From Balanoglossus misakiensis (taxonomy: Eukaryota > Animalia > Hemichordata): a stretch of DNA of 64,000 bases. The number at the start of each line of letters is the position of its first letter. Position 1 is the stretch's first letter. The position numbers and the translations under genes were made by a program. The notes beneath the pieces were generated by a model. That model made no database searches. It saw only the letters and a program-made list of their open reading frames with translations, and was not told the origin of the DNA. Shown here one piece after another: positions 1 through 13,300 of this stretch. The DNA lies in contig CM082578.2 in NCBI GenBank assembly GCA_040954595.2, positions 9,781,519 to 9,845,518 of the forward strand, given 5' to 3'.

Positions 1-3000
1 TTGGAGGATTTGTCTTTGATTATAAAATAGGTTTATCTGATAAACACAGATCAGTATTATTCTTAAATGGTCAGTATGCGGCGTTAACTGGCAGATAGTC
101 GTGGCAGAAAATTATCGAGCAGTAACTACAATCTAACTCTGCAAATAACTGTAAGTAAATCAAACCAAGAGTGTCCTCCTCGATGGTCACTCTGAAACGT
201 TGATTGAAAATTCAATTTGGACTCGTGTAGGGGAAAGTCGTCGTCAGAAGTAGAGCAGGGAGGGTGCGTCAGGCACGACAAGAGCCGATAGCCACGGTGA
301 AGTGTTCGTCTCCAGTCGAATGAAATGAACCGAGCCTGCAGGTTTTTTTTGTAACATGGTTATCGGCAATTTCATCAGCTGCTGTGAAATTGATAGGAAA
401 ATAGGCCTGATTAGCGGGGAAATGAGGTCAGCTAGCGTCCATCTCAGAGGGTGGTGATGCGGTGGGCAGCGTTTGGCCCACCGGTTTTCTGTTGGAGCCA
501 TCTTAAAGGAATGTGCATCTAACACACAGGGGTGACTGTGCACTATTTATTTTCAAGTCCATCATCGTAGTGTAAAAGTCGAGAGGCATTTTTTCATTGC
601 AATCATACACGCCCGGACAAGTGAAATGAAACGAGATTTTTGCACTTGCGATTGAGAGTAATCTAGAACGCACAGACCTGATCAGTTTGTTCAGTGAGGG
701 AACGGAAATTTTCATTTTATCGCACTCGCTCGCTATAGAGCAGATCAATAGCTGTTTTTGAGGACAGAGGGCTACGACACTGCATACTAACAGGTATTGA
801 TTGTGCTTTACAACATCTCTCAGCCATATCAGAATGATTCAGAATTGGAAGCTATCTTCACTGTTTATCAATGTCTTTTAGTGGAAGGTTTAAAATATTC
901 TTTATAATATCATAATTTTGTGTTTATTTTGAATTCAGTGCGTTGGTATGTACCTGCCATCTGCTGGACTACCTTGCTATTTGCAAGCTTAAAAAATGTT
1001 CCAGTAAAAACAATGCGATGTTGCCAAGTGGTTGTGGGAGCTCAGCTGTGATTATTTATAACGACGCAATATTTCCCAACGCAATATTTTCCATCGCAAT
1101 AATCTCAGGGATTAATATCTGCGCCCATGTGCTATCAACGCAAATGTTTTATTAGGGCAGCGATTACCGACAAATTCTCATATGGCGATGGGTATGTTCG
1201 TCACCCCCCCAGCAGAAACACAAATACATCTGTTGCGTCACTTGCTTGTGTGGAAACCCTCAGTTGCTCTGCAAATGAAGACTGCTGCTGTAGGAAGTAT
1301 TAAGTTTTAATTTGGGCGGTATTACCCGTGCGACCACACACCTGTGTGCTGTTTGCCCAAGCCAGTGACACATGTTCTCAGGCTGGGAGTGCTGCGCCTT
1401 TCTTGTCCCCACAGCTTACGTGCAAATGTTGTCGTTTGGATCATTCGGGATTTGCTTCCTTCCTCTGTCAGGTATTTCCCAGCAATAAAAAGTGAAACGA
1501 AACGCTCCCAGAATCCGGCAGAGATCAGTGCTGGATGTTGTATTCATATCTGGTGGTTTAACTAGAAGTTGCGTCTAAAACGAATTTTTGACCCTCCCCC
1601 GAGTTAGGGCAGGGAAGATTGTAATGGCTAGGTGTTGCCATGGCAATTATCCCGAACAGCCTACCTGATCAGTTTTGTACTGTCATCGTTTGCTTTGTTT
1701 GCTCTCTAAATGGTGAAGTAAGATTTTCTGTACCTGTACAGAGTGTGAGTTAAGTTGTAAGATCCAGCGATTCAATGTATCACAGTGAGCAGAACAACAA
1801 AAATAATCGTTCAACACAAATAATGTCAAAAATGAGTGACTTTTCTCCTTTAAAGTCAATCCAAGGCTCCTGAGAGCTCCCACTTGGTGGTTTTCACTAT
1901 TTCCACAGTGTATGACATAGATGTGTTTCTTAGCAATCGACGCAGTTGTGTTTTTTGAGTCACTGTGATCTTTGTCCTGAAAAAAAGTATGAAGACCCAA
2001 CTTTTATGCCCGATTGTTTGACTGGCTTAGGGGGGATTATTAAGGTCACTGTTGGGGTAAATTATTCATTGCATATGTGCGGTTCGAGATCCACATTGCA
2101 TCATGAATTTTCTAGAATGGAATTGTTTTTCAAGGCTCGAAGCAGGTTTGGGGTCCATAAATTAGCAGCAAGGCATTATGAGGGATGCTATGAAAGCCAT
2201 AACTTAAATAGGGCCTGAGACAAGTCAAAGTTATGGGGCCAGGGAAAGTTCACACGAGGAAATCGGGCAGAAGACATGCCCGGGGGAGGTATTTGTAGAC
2301 CTTGGGTATTGGGAAAATGGGGAGAATGGAGGAGACGTGACAATTGCGTTCATATCTGAGGGTCAGAAATTTCATCCAGGGTTTCTCGTCTGCCGATGAG
2401 CCGGGTCGCTTGGAGCGTTATAAAAAAAAAAGCTGCGCCGAAAGTATGGTGAGAATGGTTCCGGATGTGATGTTGTGTCATTCTCGATTAATCCAGCTGT
2501 AAACAAGGCCAAGCGGAGAGCCGCAAGAACGTGCTGCTTGTCAACTGCCATTTTGAGTTACGTCCTGATTGTGTTTGTAGCTGGCTGGTGGCTGATGGCT
2601 GTGTGGTCCAACCCATCCATCCATCCGTCCAACCATCCATTCCTGTGCGTAAACTTCAATCAGCGACTTTTTTTTTAGTTGACGGGCCAGTGCATGTAAC
2701 ACACAAGAAAATGAGACTGCAAAAGTTAGACATTCACATGCCAATAAGGCCCACACCCTCATCCGGATCCCCTTGATTTTGGATTCCAATTTGTGATCTT
2801 GATGTCCTCAATGGTCTGGTGAAAATCACTGCCTGTCATCACCCCAGATAGCTTCAAGAAAAGCAACTGTGAAAAAATCTCATGGAATCACATCTGGTAA
2901 CATCATTTAACCCGCATCGTGCATATGCAGCATTGTGAAAGCTTATTTATCGAAGTCTACATCACTTTGCTGAACTGAATGATGCTTACTTCAGAGGACA

Positions 3001-4377
3001 ATTTTGTTCTGAGGCAGAGGGCAGCAAAAGCAGACCAGCAGAGTTTTTTTATGGGCAGCTCCTCTCTCTCTCAGTGTAACATGAATTATCCTGAAATGTT
3101 GAGCGAGATGTGAAATGGGATTTGAGAAGAGGCCTCTGGGCTTCTAAGTTACAAATATGCACATTTTGAAGTGGATGGTGATTTGCTTCATCTTGCCTCT
3201 TTCGTAATCTTCAGATGTAATCTTCAAGAAGGTCCTGTCCTTTTACTACAAGGAATGTATTTAGCAAGCGATTTTTGGCAAGGAAAGTGCATTTAACCAA
3301 CTCTTACCGTTCTTGTACATCTTTCAAACAAATGCTATCGTCGGCATGATAATGCGAAATTCCCCAGTCTCTTGTTTCTACTTTCACCTTGCAAGCATCT
3401 AACTGGTCAGCCCTGGAAGTGTGCCAACGGGAGGGCAGTCGTGTAATTTGACAACTTAATTGGTGTGATGGGCGATGAAAATGATGATGACGCACACATG
3501 TAATGGAACCTTCAATTTGTAGTGAATGTGTGTGCGTGTGCGTCTATTTGACCGCAGCTGCAGGTTTCTAGACATCTTTGTGGCAGTCGGCAAACATTGC
3601 CAATTTCTGTAGCAAATTTTAATCATGCTATTATGTATGCACAGTCCACTACCGACTAAATTGCTGAAAGCACCTGGCGAACCAAAGGGCTGAGTTCATC
3701 TGCATATCCGTTCCTACTCCTATATTTTACTTCGATTTCATCGGTTGATGAATTTTTTTAAACATTCACCGAAATGTGGCTGTGGAATAGACACCTTTTC
3801 TGTCGACACCACAAGATGACCAGGTCGGGTCAAACTTGGCTGTCAGTGCAGATGACAAATGAGTGTTTGTTGTTCAGTTTCCCCCTCCTTAGTCCGTTGT
3901 ACATCCCCATGTGTACACACAGTTAAGACCATATAGCCCAATGGGTTGGATATTTAATTTTGCGAGGATTATCGATTGGGCTGCCGTGTCACGGTTACTC
4001 GTATGAAGGAGCTGTGTTCGGGGGTAATAATTAAACCGAGGTTCTGGGTGTCTGTCCTGAGCAGCGTAATGATGAGCATTTGTTGGTTCCCCCTCTTGGT
4101 GGCATTCATGCAAAGGTGTGGTGTTTCGTCCATGACCTGCATAATCCTCTGAGGACACTTGTCTCCTGGCAACAGAAGATGCAGAAAAATAATAATTATT
4201 ATAAAGAAAAAAAGGAACTGAGTGTGTGTGCATGTCTATGTATGAATTTATATGTGTGTATTTGTATGTGTGAAACAAGGGGCATTATCATCATATTTGA
4301 TTGATTGATCTTACCACAGCATGACATGTACCATGACAGTTTTTCTCACCGATTCATTCTCTTCTCTTCTGTTTCAG

Positions 4378-7300
4378 GGATCTAAGTAATAACCACCTTA
4401 GCACACTGAACGCCAGTCTCTTTGAAAATCTTAGAAGTTTAACAGATTTGTAAGTATACTCAGATTTTATAATTAAGAACAAACTTATTGGTGATAGTTT
4501 GTTCTTGTCTGTTTTGGGGGACCAGACACAGATAGAGAAAGTAGAGAAAAACAAAAACAAAACAAAAACAAACCAATTTTTCCGTACGAAGAGACTCTTG
4601 ATATTGACCAATGGAATGTTGAATGTTTTCAGAATTGTGAACCGGAGGAATTTCACACCGCCAATAGGTCTCGGCTGATTGCGACATTTGAGCTACTAGC
4701 CTTTGTTGTTCAATTTGTCCAGTGCAAAGTGAAGCAGGGAAAACAAGCCCAAGTGTTTGTGTGTCCAAGCATGTTTGAAGATATTTTTTTTTGCTGCTTT
4801 AGAACAATCGTAGCAAGTCTTTTCAAGTGGCGTGGATGTTGGTCGTTACATGACCATCAGAGACCTGAGTAAATTTGTCCAGGCCGTCGCGCTCAATGGC
4901 GGCCCGCATGTGGGAATGCTCGTCTGACAAAGGCATTCTTCGCGCTGTTGACAAACCTCTGACGTCTTTTTTCTTCTTGCAACCCTCCCTACCACCAAGG
5001 CGGCAATGACTCTCTTTGAGACCATCTTGAAATGTGTATTTACAATTAAAATTCTAGCTTTGGTGGGTAAATATCAGGTGCAACGATACCGGCCTGACAT
5101 GCTGTGTAAACTCTCTCGGTAAACTGAAGAAATAAATTAGCATATTCCTGTGACACATCTGTTTTTGTCTTGTTACTTTTTCCACAGAAAACTCAACTAC
5201 AATTCCCTGACGGAAATACCGAATTTTGGCGGGAAGCTTTCGAATCTGACATCATTGAGTCTGTAAGTATATCTAGGAAGTCTTGTACTTTCCTGTTCTT
5301 ACCATTTGACATCTCTGACACATGGGGAAAAAACAAATGCATAAATAGAAAACCCTCAGCCAAGGAGTGAGGACAACTCCAAGTCGAGTTCCGTCGGTTA
5401 TTTCTCCCAGTCAGGGCTATTTGTGGACGTGAAAATTGAAAAGCGGGCATTGGTGTGTTGATGATATGATGACTGGTGTACTTTGACTTGTCATTTCCTC
5501 ATAAAACAGCCACTGTTTTGTCAACACTGGCGTGTTCGGTTGCATTTATGGACTAAACTTGCCCTCTGATTGGACGGCGCGTATCATTGCAGATTTTTAA
5601 ACAGCTTTTCCCCCTTTAGTAAAAAAGAAATCTGCTATTCCTCTGGGCTGTCGTCCTCTTGAAAATAGTAAACAAGGGCCTGGTTTGCGAGATGAAGGCA
5701 TGATTTGTCCCTGGTGGGCTCAGGTCTGTAATGAACCAGTGGATGTGAGAAACGCCTTGACTTTTTTCTTCCCTTCGAAGTGGAATGTGGTCGACAGGAG
5801 GGTTGTTTTGAAAATCGGCACATATGCCTGTGATTAAGGCTTGGCTGTGTTCAACTCCATATAAATGTGAAAATAAACAACCGGGCAGGGTAATAATAGC
5901 TTTAGTATTTTTTCCATGCACTGAGCACGCACACTGACTATGGCGATATGTTTATCAGCTGTGTTGGTCACAAGATATGGAGACATTCGGGCGAAACAAA
6001 AAATGGATAACAGAAGTGGGGATGTTTGGCCACCCTTGACATAGTAGTTGAATCATTTATCATCGTGTCTAAAAAATTACACGGAAAAGCGAATGATGGG
6101 GCAGGTGAATTTCTCTCGGAAGTGTGATAATTTTCACCACCACACTCCCCCCTCCCCCTATAAGTGCAGACTTGTATGCAGTTGTTTGTTGAGGATTATT
6201 TGGTCAAAAAAATACATTACTGTTAATACATGTATTGTTAATATCTTATTCTTGCAACTTGATTATTACTGCTTGCAGAAAAGGGTCTGCCTGGGTCATT
6301 GAAGTCAAATTCAGCGAGTAAATTATTGGAATAATTGCAAAAGCTATAATTTTTGCCGTGTGAGTAGGTGTTAAAAGCAGAGGTAATTAGAAATGGTGTT
6401 TGCCAAGTCAATAGACAGGAGTGTGAAGGCTGGGATATAATAACGTGTGATGGATGAACTGTATGGGATGACAACTTGCCTACTCAATCAGCCTGGTTTT
6501 AAGTGCACCAGGTATTTCTTTGTTAAATTGTAGTGTATTGATCAAGAGAGTAGAGAGGGGGGGGGGGGGGGGTTACATGCAGGAAAAAAAACTAGATAAG
6601 GTCAGTTGTTCTTTTACTATTCTAGATTGATGCCTGGTCTCCGGGCTATTCTTTTACTTGATTTGCTGAAATAGCTTTAAAGTGTCAGTTTAAGTTGTTT
6701 CACTGTGTTTCGCATTGTTTTTGGACTTTTCTACGTTGTTGATTTCCCTTTGAAAACTAGTCCTGAAATGTGTTAATTTTTAAATTTTCATTGTGACCTC
6801 ACACATGTTGAGTTTCTTGGATTGTCATGTTCTCATAATCTTTTAGAGGTCAGTTTCTCTACTGAAACCCCAACATGATAATAGTGTTTAATGGAGAGCG
6901 ACTTGCAGGGGGCAGCTGTTTAGAGCATTTTTTTCGGGTCACTGCAGGGCTGCCGGTGCGAGTGGGGGGAACGAGACTTGTATATTTATAACTTGCAACT
7001 TCCCATGAAGACACGGGCTCTAATGAATCTTGATAATTTATCGTTTAGGGTTTGCTTGACTGCAATTGTGTGTGTCTTCACCACGCTGCAGCAGCGTACG
7101 CGCCGCCGCTGTCTGCCCCGAACGCACCATTTGAATTCTTGTCTGTAAATCTACGCCATGTTTTGACCGCTGTTGATCGTCCATGATCAGTCCCCTCTGA
7201 TGTCACAGATTCTGATTTTTATGAAGTGTAAGGTTTCCCCCCCCCCCCAGCTTAAAAAAAATTACCCCGCGAATGGTGACCGCGATAACTGGCGCCCGAC

Positions 7301-10300
7301 AAGAAGTCTTTCTTTACCTTCATTGCACGTGTCATGGTCTCTGAGTCAGTAGGGAAGGAGTCCCGTGTTGTGGAAAAGGCCACTTCTCCATCGTGGGTTG
7401 CCAGTCTTGTTAGGGGACTGACTTATTCTGATATGACATGTAGCTTCGAAGCTTCCAGCGTCAGATGGCTATCGGTTACACACGGGGCCTCAACTGTCAT
7501 CTGTCCCGTAGTTTTCCGCCAATTATAAACAGCCAATAAAAAGATGGCGCAAAGCAGCTCTGTGAATAGGAAGTGAGACCTGATTCTGGCAACCATGCTG
7601 AGATTGAAAAAAATCTGTGATTTGTTCAGCTTTTCCAAACTGAAAAATGAAAGCCGATAAGAGCAAAAGGAGGGGGGGGGGGGGTGGTTACCAGGCAGCT
7701 TAATTCTAAATTTTATCATCCCCTCATGAGAGCAGATTTAGTTCGCTGCGCTATGTGGTGTCGCGATACGGGGTGTGAGAGGGCAGGGCTTTTACAACTT
7801 GTTTTGCAGTCTGCGGAGCAGTTGACCAAATGCGACGGGTAATTAGTATGGTTGACCTCAAGTGAGGTAAAAACGATGTCGGGGAGGTGTCGAGCTGTAA
7901 TGTTGGGAGATATCTTTTTGGTAACATTAGAACGCAGGCTGTGCTGAGATGCCCTCCGGCGTAAATCACTGACACCGTGGTAACCAGACACCGGTGAACA
8001 CCCAGGACGATTGGCTGGTTTCATGCTGACCGTAGAAAAGGCCAAACATTGTCATTACACTGAATTTTGACACATCTGAAAATCATTACTGCACCTCCTG
8101 CGCAAATACCTTACGAGAGTCTCGAAGCAGTGAATTCGGCACGCAAATGCATTTTTACTACGTATATATAAAATCCAGGCTCCAAGTTAGGAAGTCTCCA
8201 AATATCCACGACAGAGGGCAGCCTTCGAGTTCATTTCCTGAATGCTTTTGTATGATGCATGTGCGCAAATTTACCTCGGCTTCAGTCATCATTCTCAAGT
8301 AAAAGTCATAAACCCCGATATTTTAGCTGTAAATTGTAAGATTGCACTGGCATATATTTGTGTGCAATCCAATTTTCTTTAGATTTCTGCTGGCAAAATA
8401 CTCAGAAATTAAAAATAAAATGTATCAAAGACAGACAGACAGGTTGAGCTGATTTGGCCAAGGCCAATTTAGTCATTAAAGCGAGTGTGAGAAACTAATA
8501 GAATGTACTCTAAAACACCTCCATTGTGTTGCGCCATTTTCTAAAGAAGGTTTTCACCATTCATTTGCACTGTTACAGTGTTAGGATTACGTAACAGGCA
8601 CGACCTGTGGTCTACAAGTCGATGCGGCTTTGTTTACTGTCACTCATTTAGTTTGTTCTGTCCTCAGTCCACACTACATTTCCCTTTAATTTTCTCACCT
8701 TATGTGGAATAAAGGGCACCCCAAAGAAAATTTGTAGGCTTTCTTTGACAGACAGAGAAAGGGCTTCTCAGATGAGGTTATTAATGGAGCCGTAGCGATA
8801 TCGTCAGTAGTCCTTGCGTCGTGGTAGTTTGAAAAAATGCAGTTCTTGATCTTTTTATGGTTGTCAGAAACTGGCAGCAGTGTAAAGTGAGAAGCCATTT
8901 TCTTTCGTTGGTCATGTCAATTATGAATTAGTGGCCTTATCGATGTCAAGGTCACAACAACCTGCTCCTGTGAGGTTTGGGGAGGGGGGGGGGGGGCTGT
9001 ACTGAATTGAACGAGTAACTAGATGGAATAGATGAAACGGGGTGCTGTTGTTCTGATACGAGATACAAAAAAACCCTGAGGCAACTCAAACATGGGAATC
9101 AATATTGCGCAGATTGGCAAATCATTCTCAACTGAAACTAGATGGAGTGGAAAAAAAGGCGATTTCCCTGAATAACCTGTGTTTTGTTTACTGATACTAT
9201 AGAAAGTGGTTTCTTATTCTGTGTAACGAAATTTTATTATAAGCGATGCTTTGAGACGAGGGTCTCTCAGCTGTCAACGCATACCTTGTTAAATTGTGGG
9301 ATTTATTTTGTGAAAGGGACGACTCAAAATGTGTTTTCTGTCAGACTGAGTAAAGATGGAGTGAATACTTCGCGTGTACCGTCACGCAGGGTAATCTGTC
9401 CAACATGCTTTCATTTCTACGAGTCTTTGTTCTTACTTCATATTGCAATTTAAGCTCCCTGTGGTGATATTTTTTTCCCATGTTCATTTCATGCTTTTTT
9501 TCTCCAACATGTCAAAAAATCAATCATGCCAGCTTTTCTATAACTTGTCATATTTGTGGTTACTTGTTCGATGGAGGAGCTTTCTTCTCCAGTGGCAGGG
9601 ATTTTTTTCTTGCTTCAGTGGATGATATGCAAAGAAAGATTAGGTTTTGTTTGACATATCTGTCAGAATGCGTGTAGAGATTTCTTTTTATCGCCGTCTC
9701 TTTTTTTGTCATTCAATTTTGATCGAATTGCGTTTTTTTTTTCTTTTCATTCACAGCCGACACAACAGCATTTCGCGCATTTCTAGTTCAGCGTTAGAAG
9801 GCCTGCCGTTGCTAAGGACGTTGGACTTGAACAACAACAAAATCACAGAGCTGACTGCAACCTCTTTTCCAGGTGGCAACTCACTACATATTCTGTAAGT
9901 AAACGAAACGTTGTGTATTTTTCTCTCATGCAGCACCCTTTCTGTAAAGAGCCACTTTGCACCTTCACGCTGTAAATTGGCATCAGCCATTTAGCGAGGG
10001 CCACTTGTCCAATTCGAAAGAAATGTTCAAATAGAAGAAACAATGACCTTGTTTGATTGGCTCGGCCCGTATTATGTAAGAAGTGTATCAGTTTACTCTA
10101 TGTGTGTTCTTCAAAAAAGGGAATTCTGGGAGCGCACATTTGAAGATTCTAACAAAATGCTCCAGAAGGACATTTACAAAAAAAATGTAACTTTATTTGA
10201 TCCAGAAATGTTTGTGTACAGTAGCTCTACAGAATCACAACAGCTCATTGAAAGTTGTAATGATATCCGAGTGATTGTTTTCATTAGCTCAAGTTCAATG

Positions 10301-13300
10301 TGGATGTTGTACTGTGTCCTTTGTCGAGCAGCTTAGTGTCTGGTTACAAAGTACTGGTGCTGGAACTAAAACGCATTCCCCGTTCTCTTCCAGGCTTCTT
10401 GGCAACAATCGAATTTCTCGTCTGGAAGTCGGATGCTTCACCAACCTCACGCATCTGGAGACCCTCATCCTACACAAAAATAAAATTTCTTCTTTGCCAA
10501 GAGATCTTTTTCTGTCCATGGAAAATCTTGAAGAATTGTAAGTATGAAACTCCGTTATTTTTTCATTATTGAAAAAGTGAAAGAAAAAAAGGAAGTGAAA
10601 TGGTACGTTTGAGACTTGGAAGCTCAAAATAATTTTTTTTCAATTGTATGCTGTAAGTATTAATAGTTTGCATGTTTTTATCGGCAGCCATTGAATAAAA
10701 AGCCAGCTTTTCTTTTCACATGGTGTTTCATTGATTTTCAATATCCAATTCAGAACTGTGTTTGCCGATTGGCAAAGTCAGCTTTCCATCCATCCAGACC
10801 TCTTGATACAAGCTGTCAATGCTTCACGTTTTTTCTTCCTCCCTTCCAGGGATCTTAGTCGCAACAAACTTCGAGAAATAGAAAGCCTGGAGTTCACGGG
10901 CCTGAAGAATCTAGAAACGCTGCGACTGAAGCGCAACGGACTCACCATCCTCAACGATGGCGCCTTCTACGGACTGGAGAGCATTCAGAATCTGGAGCTG
11001 GACCACAACAACCTGACCGTTGTCAAGAAGGGGTGGTTGTACGGTCTCTCCACCCTCAAACAGCTCTCCCTCAGACACAACCGCATCAGCCGGGTGGAGA
11101 TCAACGGCTGGGATTTCTGCAGCCACCTGGCCCGGTTGGACATGACCGACAACGAACTGAACAGCATCGAGACCACCATCTTCTCCCACTTGAAGTCCCT
11201 GGAGTCTCTGTACCTGGACAACAACAAGATATCGAACATCGACGACGAGGCGTTCAAGGAACTCGACAAGTTGCAAACACTGTGAGTAAAAAAATCACCC
11301 TTGTCATATAATTGTGGTTTTTCTGCATTTCTATAAAGTAACATAAATATTTGACACAAGCCACCCTGTATAGCATCTGATTTGTATGTGATAGTAAACC
11401 AGTGCATAAGATTTCCTGTCGTCCAATATTGCAAACTAATCGATGTCTAATTTCCCTTCCGTTTTATTTTTTTGCTGCAGCGAAATGAACTACAATGAGC
11501 TGTCCTGGACCATTGAAGATACGACCGGAGCGTTTGTCGGATTGGAGGGCCTGCACAAGTTGGGTCTCGGAAGCAACAGAATCAAATCCATCCACAAGAG
11601 GGCATTCACTGGCCTTGAGTCTCTGGAATCTTTGTAAGTACTCTTATGTTGTGATTGTGCTCGGAATTATTTGATGGAGAGTGCATGTCAAATTTTGTGA
11701 CGCCTTCTGAGAATTTCAACGTACACTAGATATGTTATTCATGAACCAGCGATGTGTAGATGTGTTGTAAGACTAGGCAAAAAGCTAAAAGGTGGTGCGT
11801 GCATTTTTTGTTTCATGCAGAGATCTGAGGGGCAATCTCCTGACCAGCATCCAGGAACACTCATTCAGCAACACTCCCAACCTGAAAGAATTGTAAGTAG
11901 TAATATTGTGTATAAAGGACACAATCTTTGCTGTCTGTCTCCTGGCTTATATTAGAGAACTTGATTTCGAAGATGATGCAGACCACCTTCTATTTCAACC
12001 TGTGCACTGTGGTTGATCCAAAGAGTATATATATCAGCCAATGGGGGAGCTTCTTACAGAACAAATAAATTATGTGTGTAAGCTTCATGCCCATTTGCTA
12101 ATGTAGACATGAGGTTTTTTGATAACTTTATAAAAATAAGGGCAATTCATACACAGTCCTTAGTACTTTTGTCTGATCGTTCATCGTTTTAATAATGGAA
12201 ATAAACCTCGCTTTTCAGGATCATCAACACCAGCAACTGTCTGTGCGACTGCAAACTGAAGTGGTTTCCAAACTGGGTGAAACGCCACGGATTTGAAGAG
12301 TCTATCGATGTCAGGTGCTCGCATCCCAAGACGCTGAAAGGGCACAGTGTTTTCAACCTGCAGGAAACTCAGTTCACTTGCGGTTAGTCCTTTCATATTT
12401 TAGATGTTAGTTTGTTTGGTGTGGCAGTTTTTTGAAGGCGGGTGCAAATGATTTGATGACCGAGAGGAACTAATTTACTCCAGTAATTACCAAAAAACAA
12501 AATATATTATGTAATAATTATTTTGAAATTAAATTTTTTAAAATAATTGTTTTAACCCGCCTCTTTTGTCCTGCAGAGGATTTTCCCAAACCACAAATCA
12601 TTGATGAGCCAGCGAACACTATGGCTCCAAAGGGGGACAACGTAACATTGGTATGCACAGCGGAGAGCAGCAGTGATTCGGCCATGGAGATTTCCTGGAA
12701 GAAAAATAACAAGGTATGGTATAGCGCCACCCAGTGGCACACTTTGAAGAGGCTCAGCTTCCCAGTTTTGTTGGTGTTATGTTTAAGGACTCTGTTGAGA
12801 GCTTTGAATAAATAATATTGATTTCCCCCTTCTTTTTTTAACCCTTGCAGCCAGTGTCCCAGGCAGATGGAAAAATCGTCACTTACGCAAATACACCAAA
12901 CGGGGTGGTTGTTCAGATAACTTCAACCCTGACGTTATATAAAGTTGACGACAAAACAGAGGGCAGATATCAGTGCATCGTGTCCAATTACTTTGGTCCG
13001 ACCTACTCGCATAAAGCCAGAGTGACTGTTTATGGTACGTAGAAATGATGTTTTGTTGACTCAGATATTTCTGTTCTATTCCATGGGATGGGGCTGGGAT
13101 GGTTGGCCAGCTGGTGATGATTTCAGGTGGAATAATGAAAGACATATAACAAATTTGAGAATCTCAATCCAACTGAAATAAACTTGAAAGGTGTTGAATA
13201 GAGTAAGAAAATGGGAGGTTAAACATTCATGATCTTTAAGCCAGACAGAAGTTTGAAAGAAAAAGATCTGTTTCAAGATCCAGAGTTGGGAAATAAGAAT

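Noticed and set aside
2385-2445. Hammerhead-like gatgag...gaaa
   Set aside because: The core is CCGAUGA rather than CUGAUGA and stems I/III cannot be built.
1-4377. Short ORFs as LRIG exon 1 or separate genes
   Set aside because: No signal peptide or LRRNT cysteine pattern; treated as LRIG intron 1.
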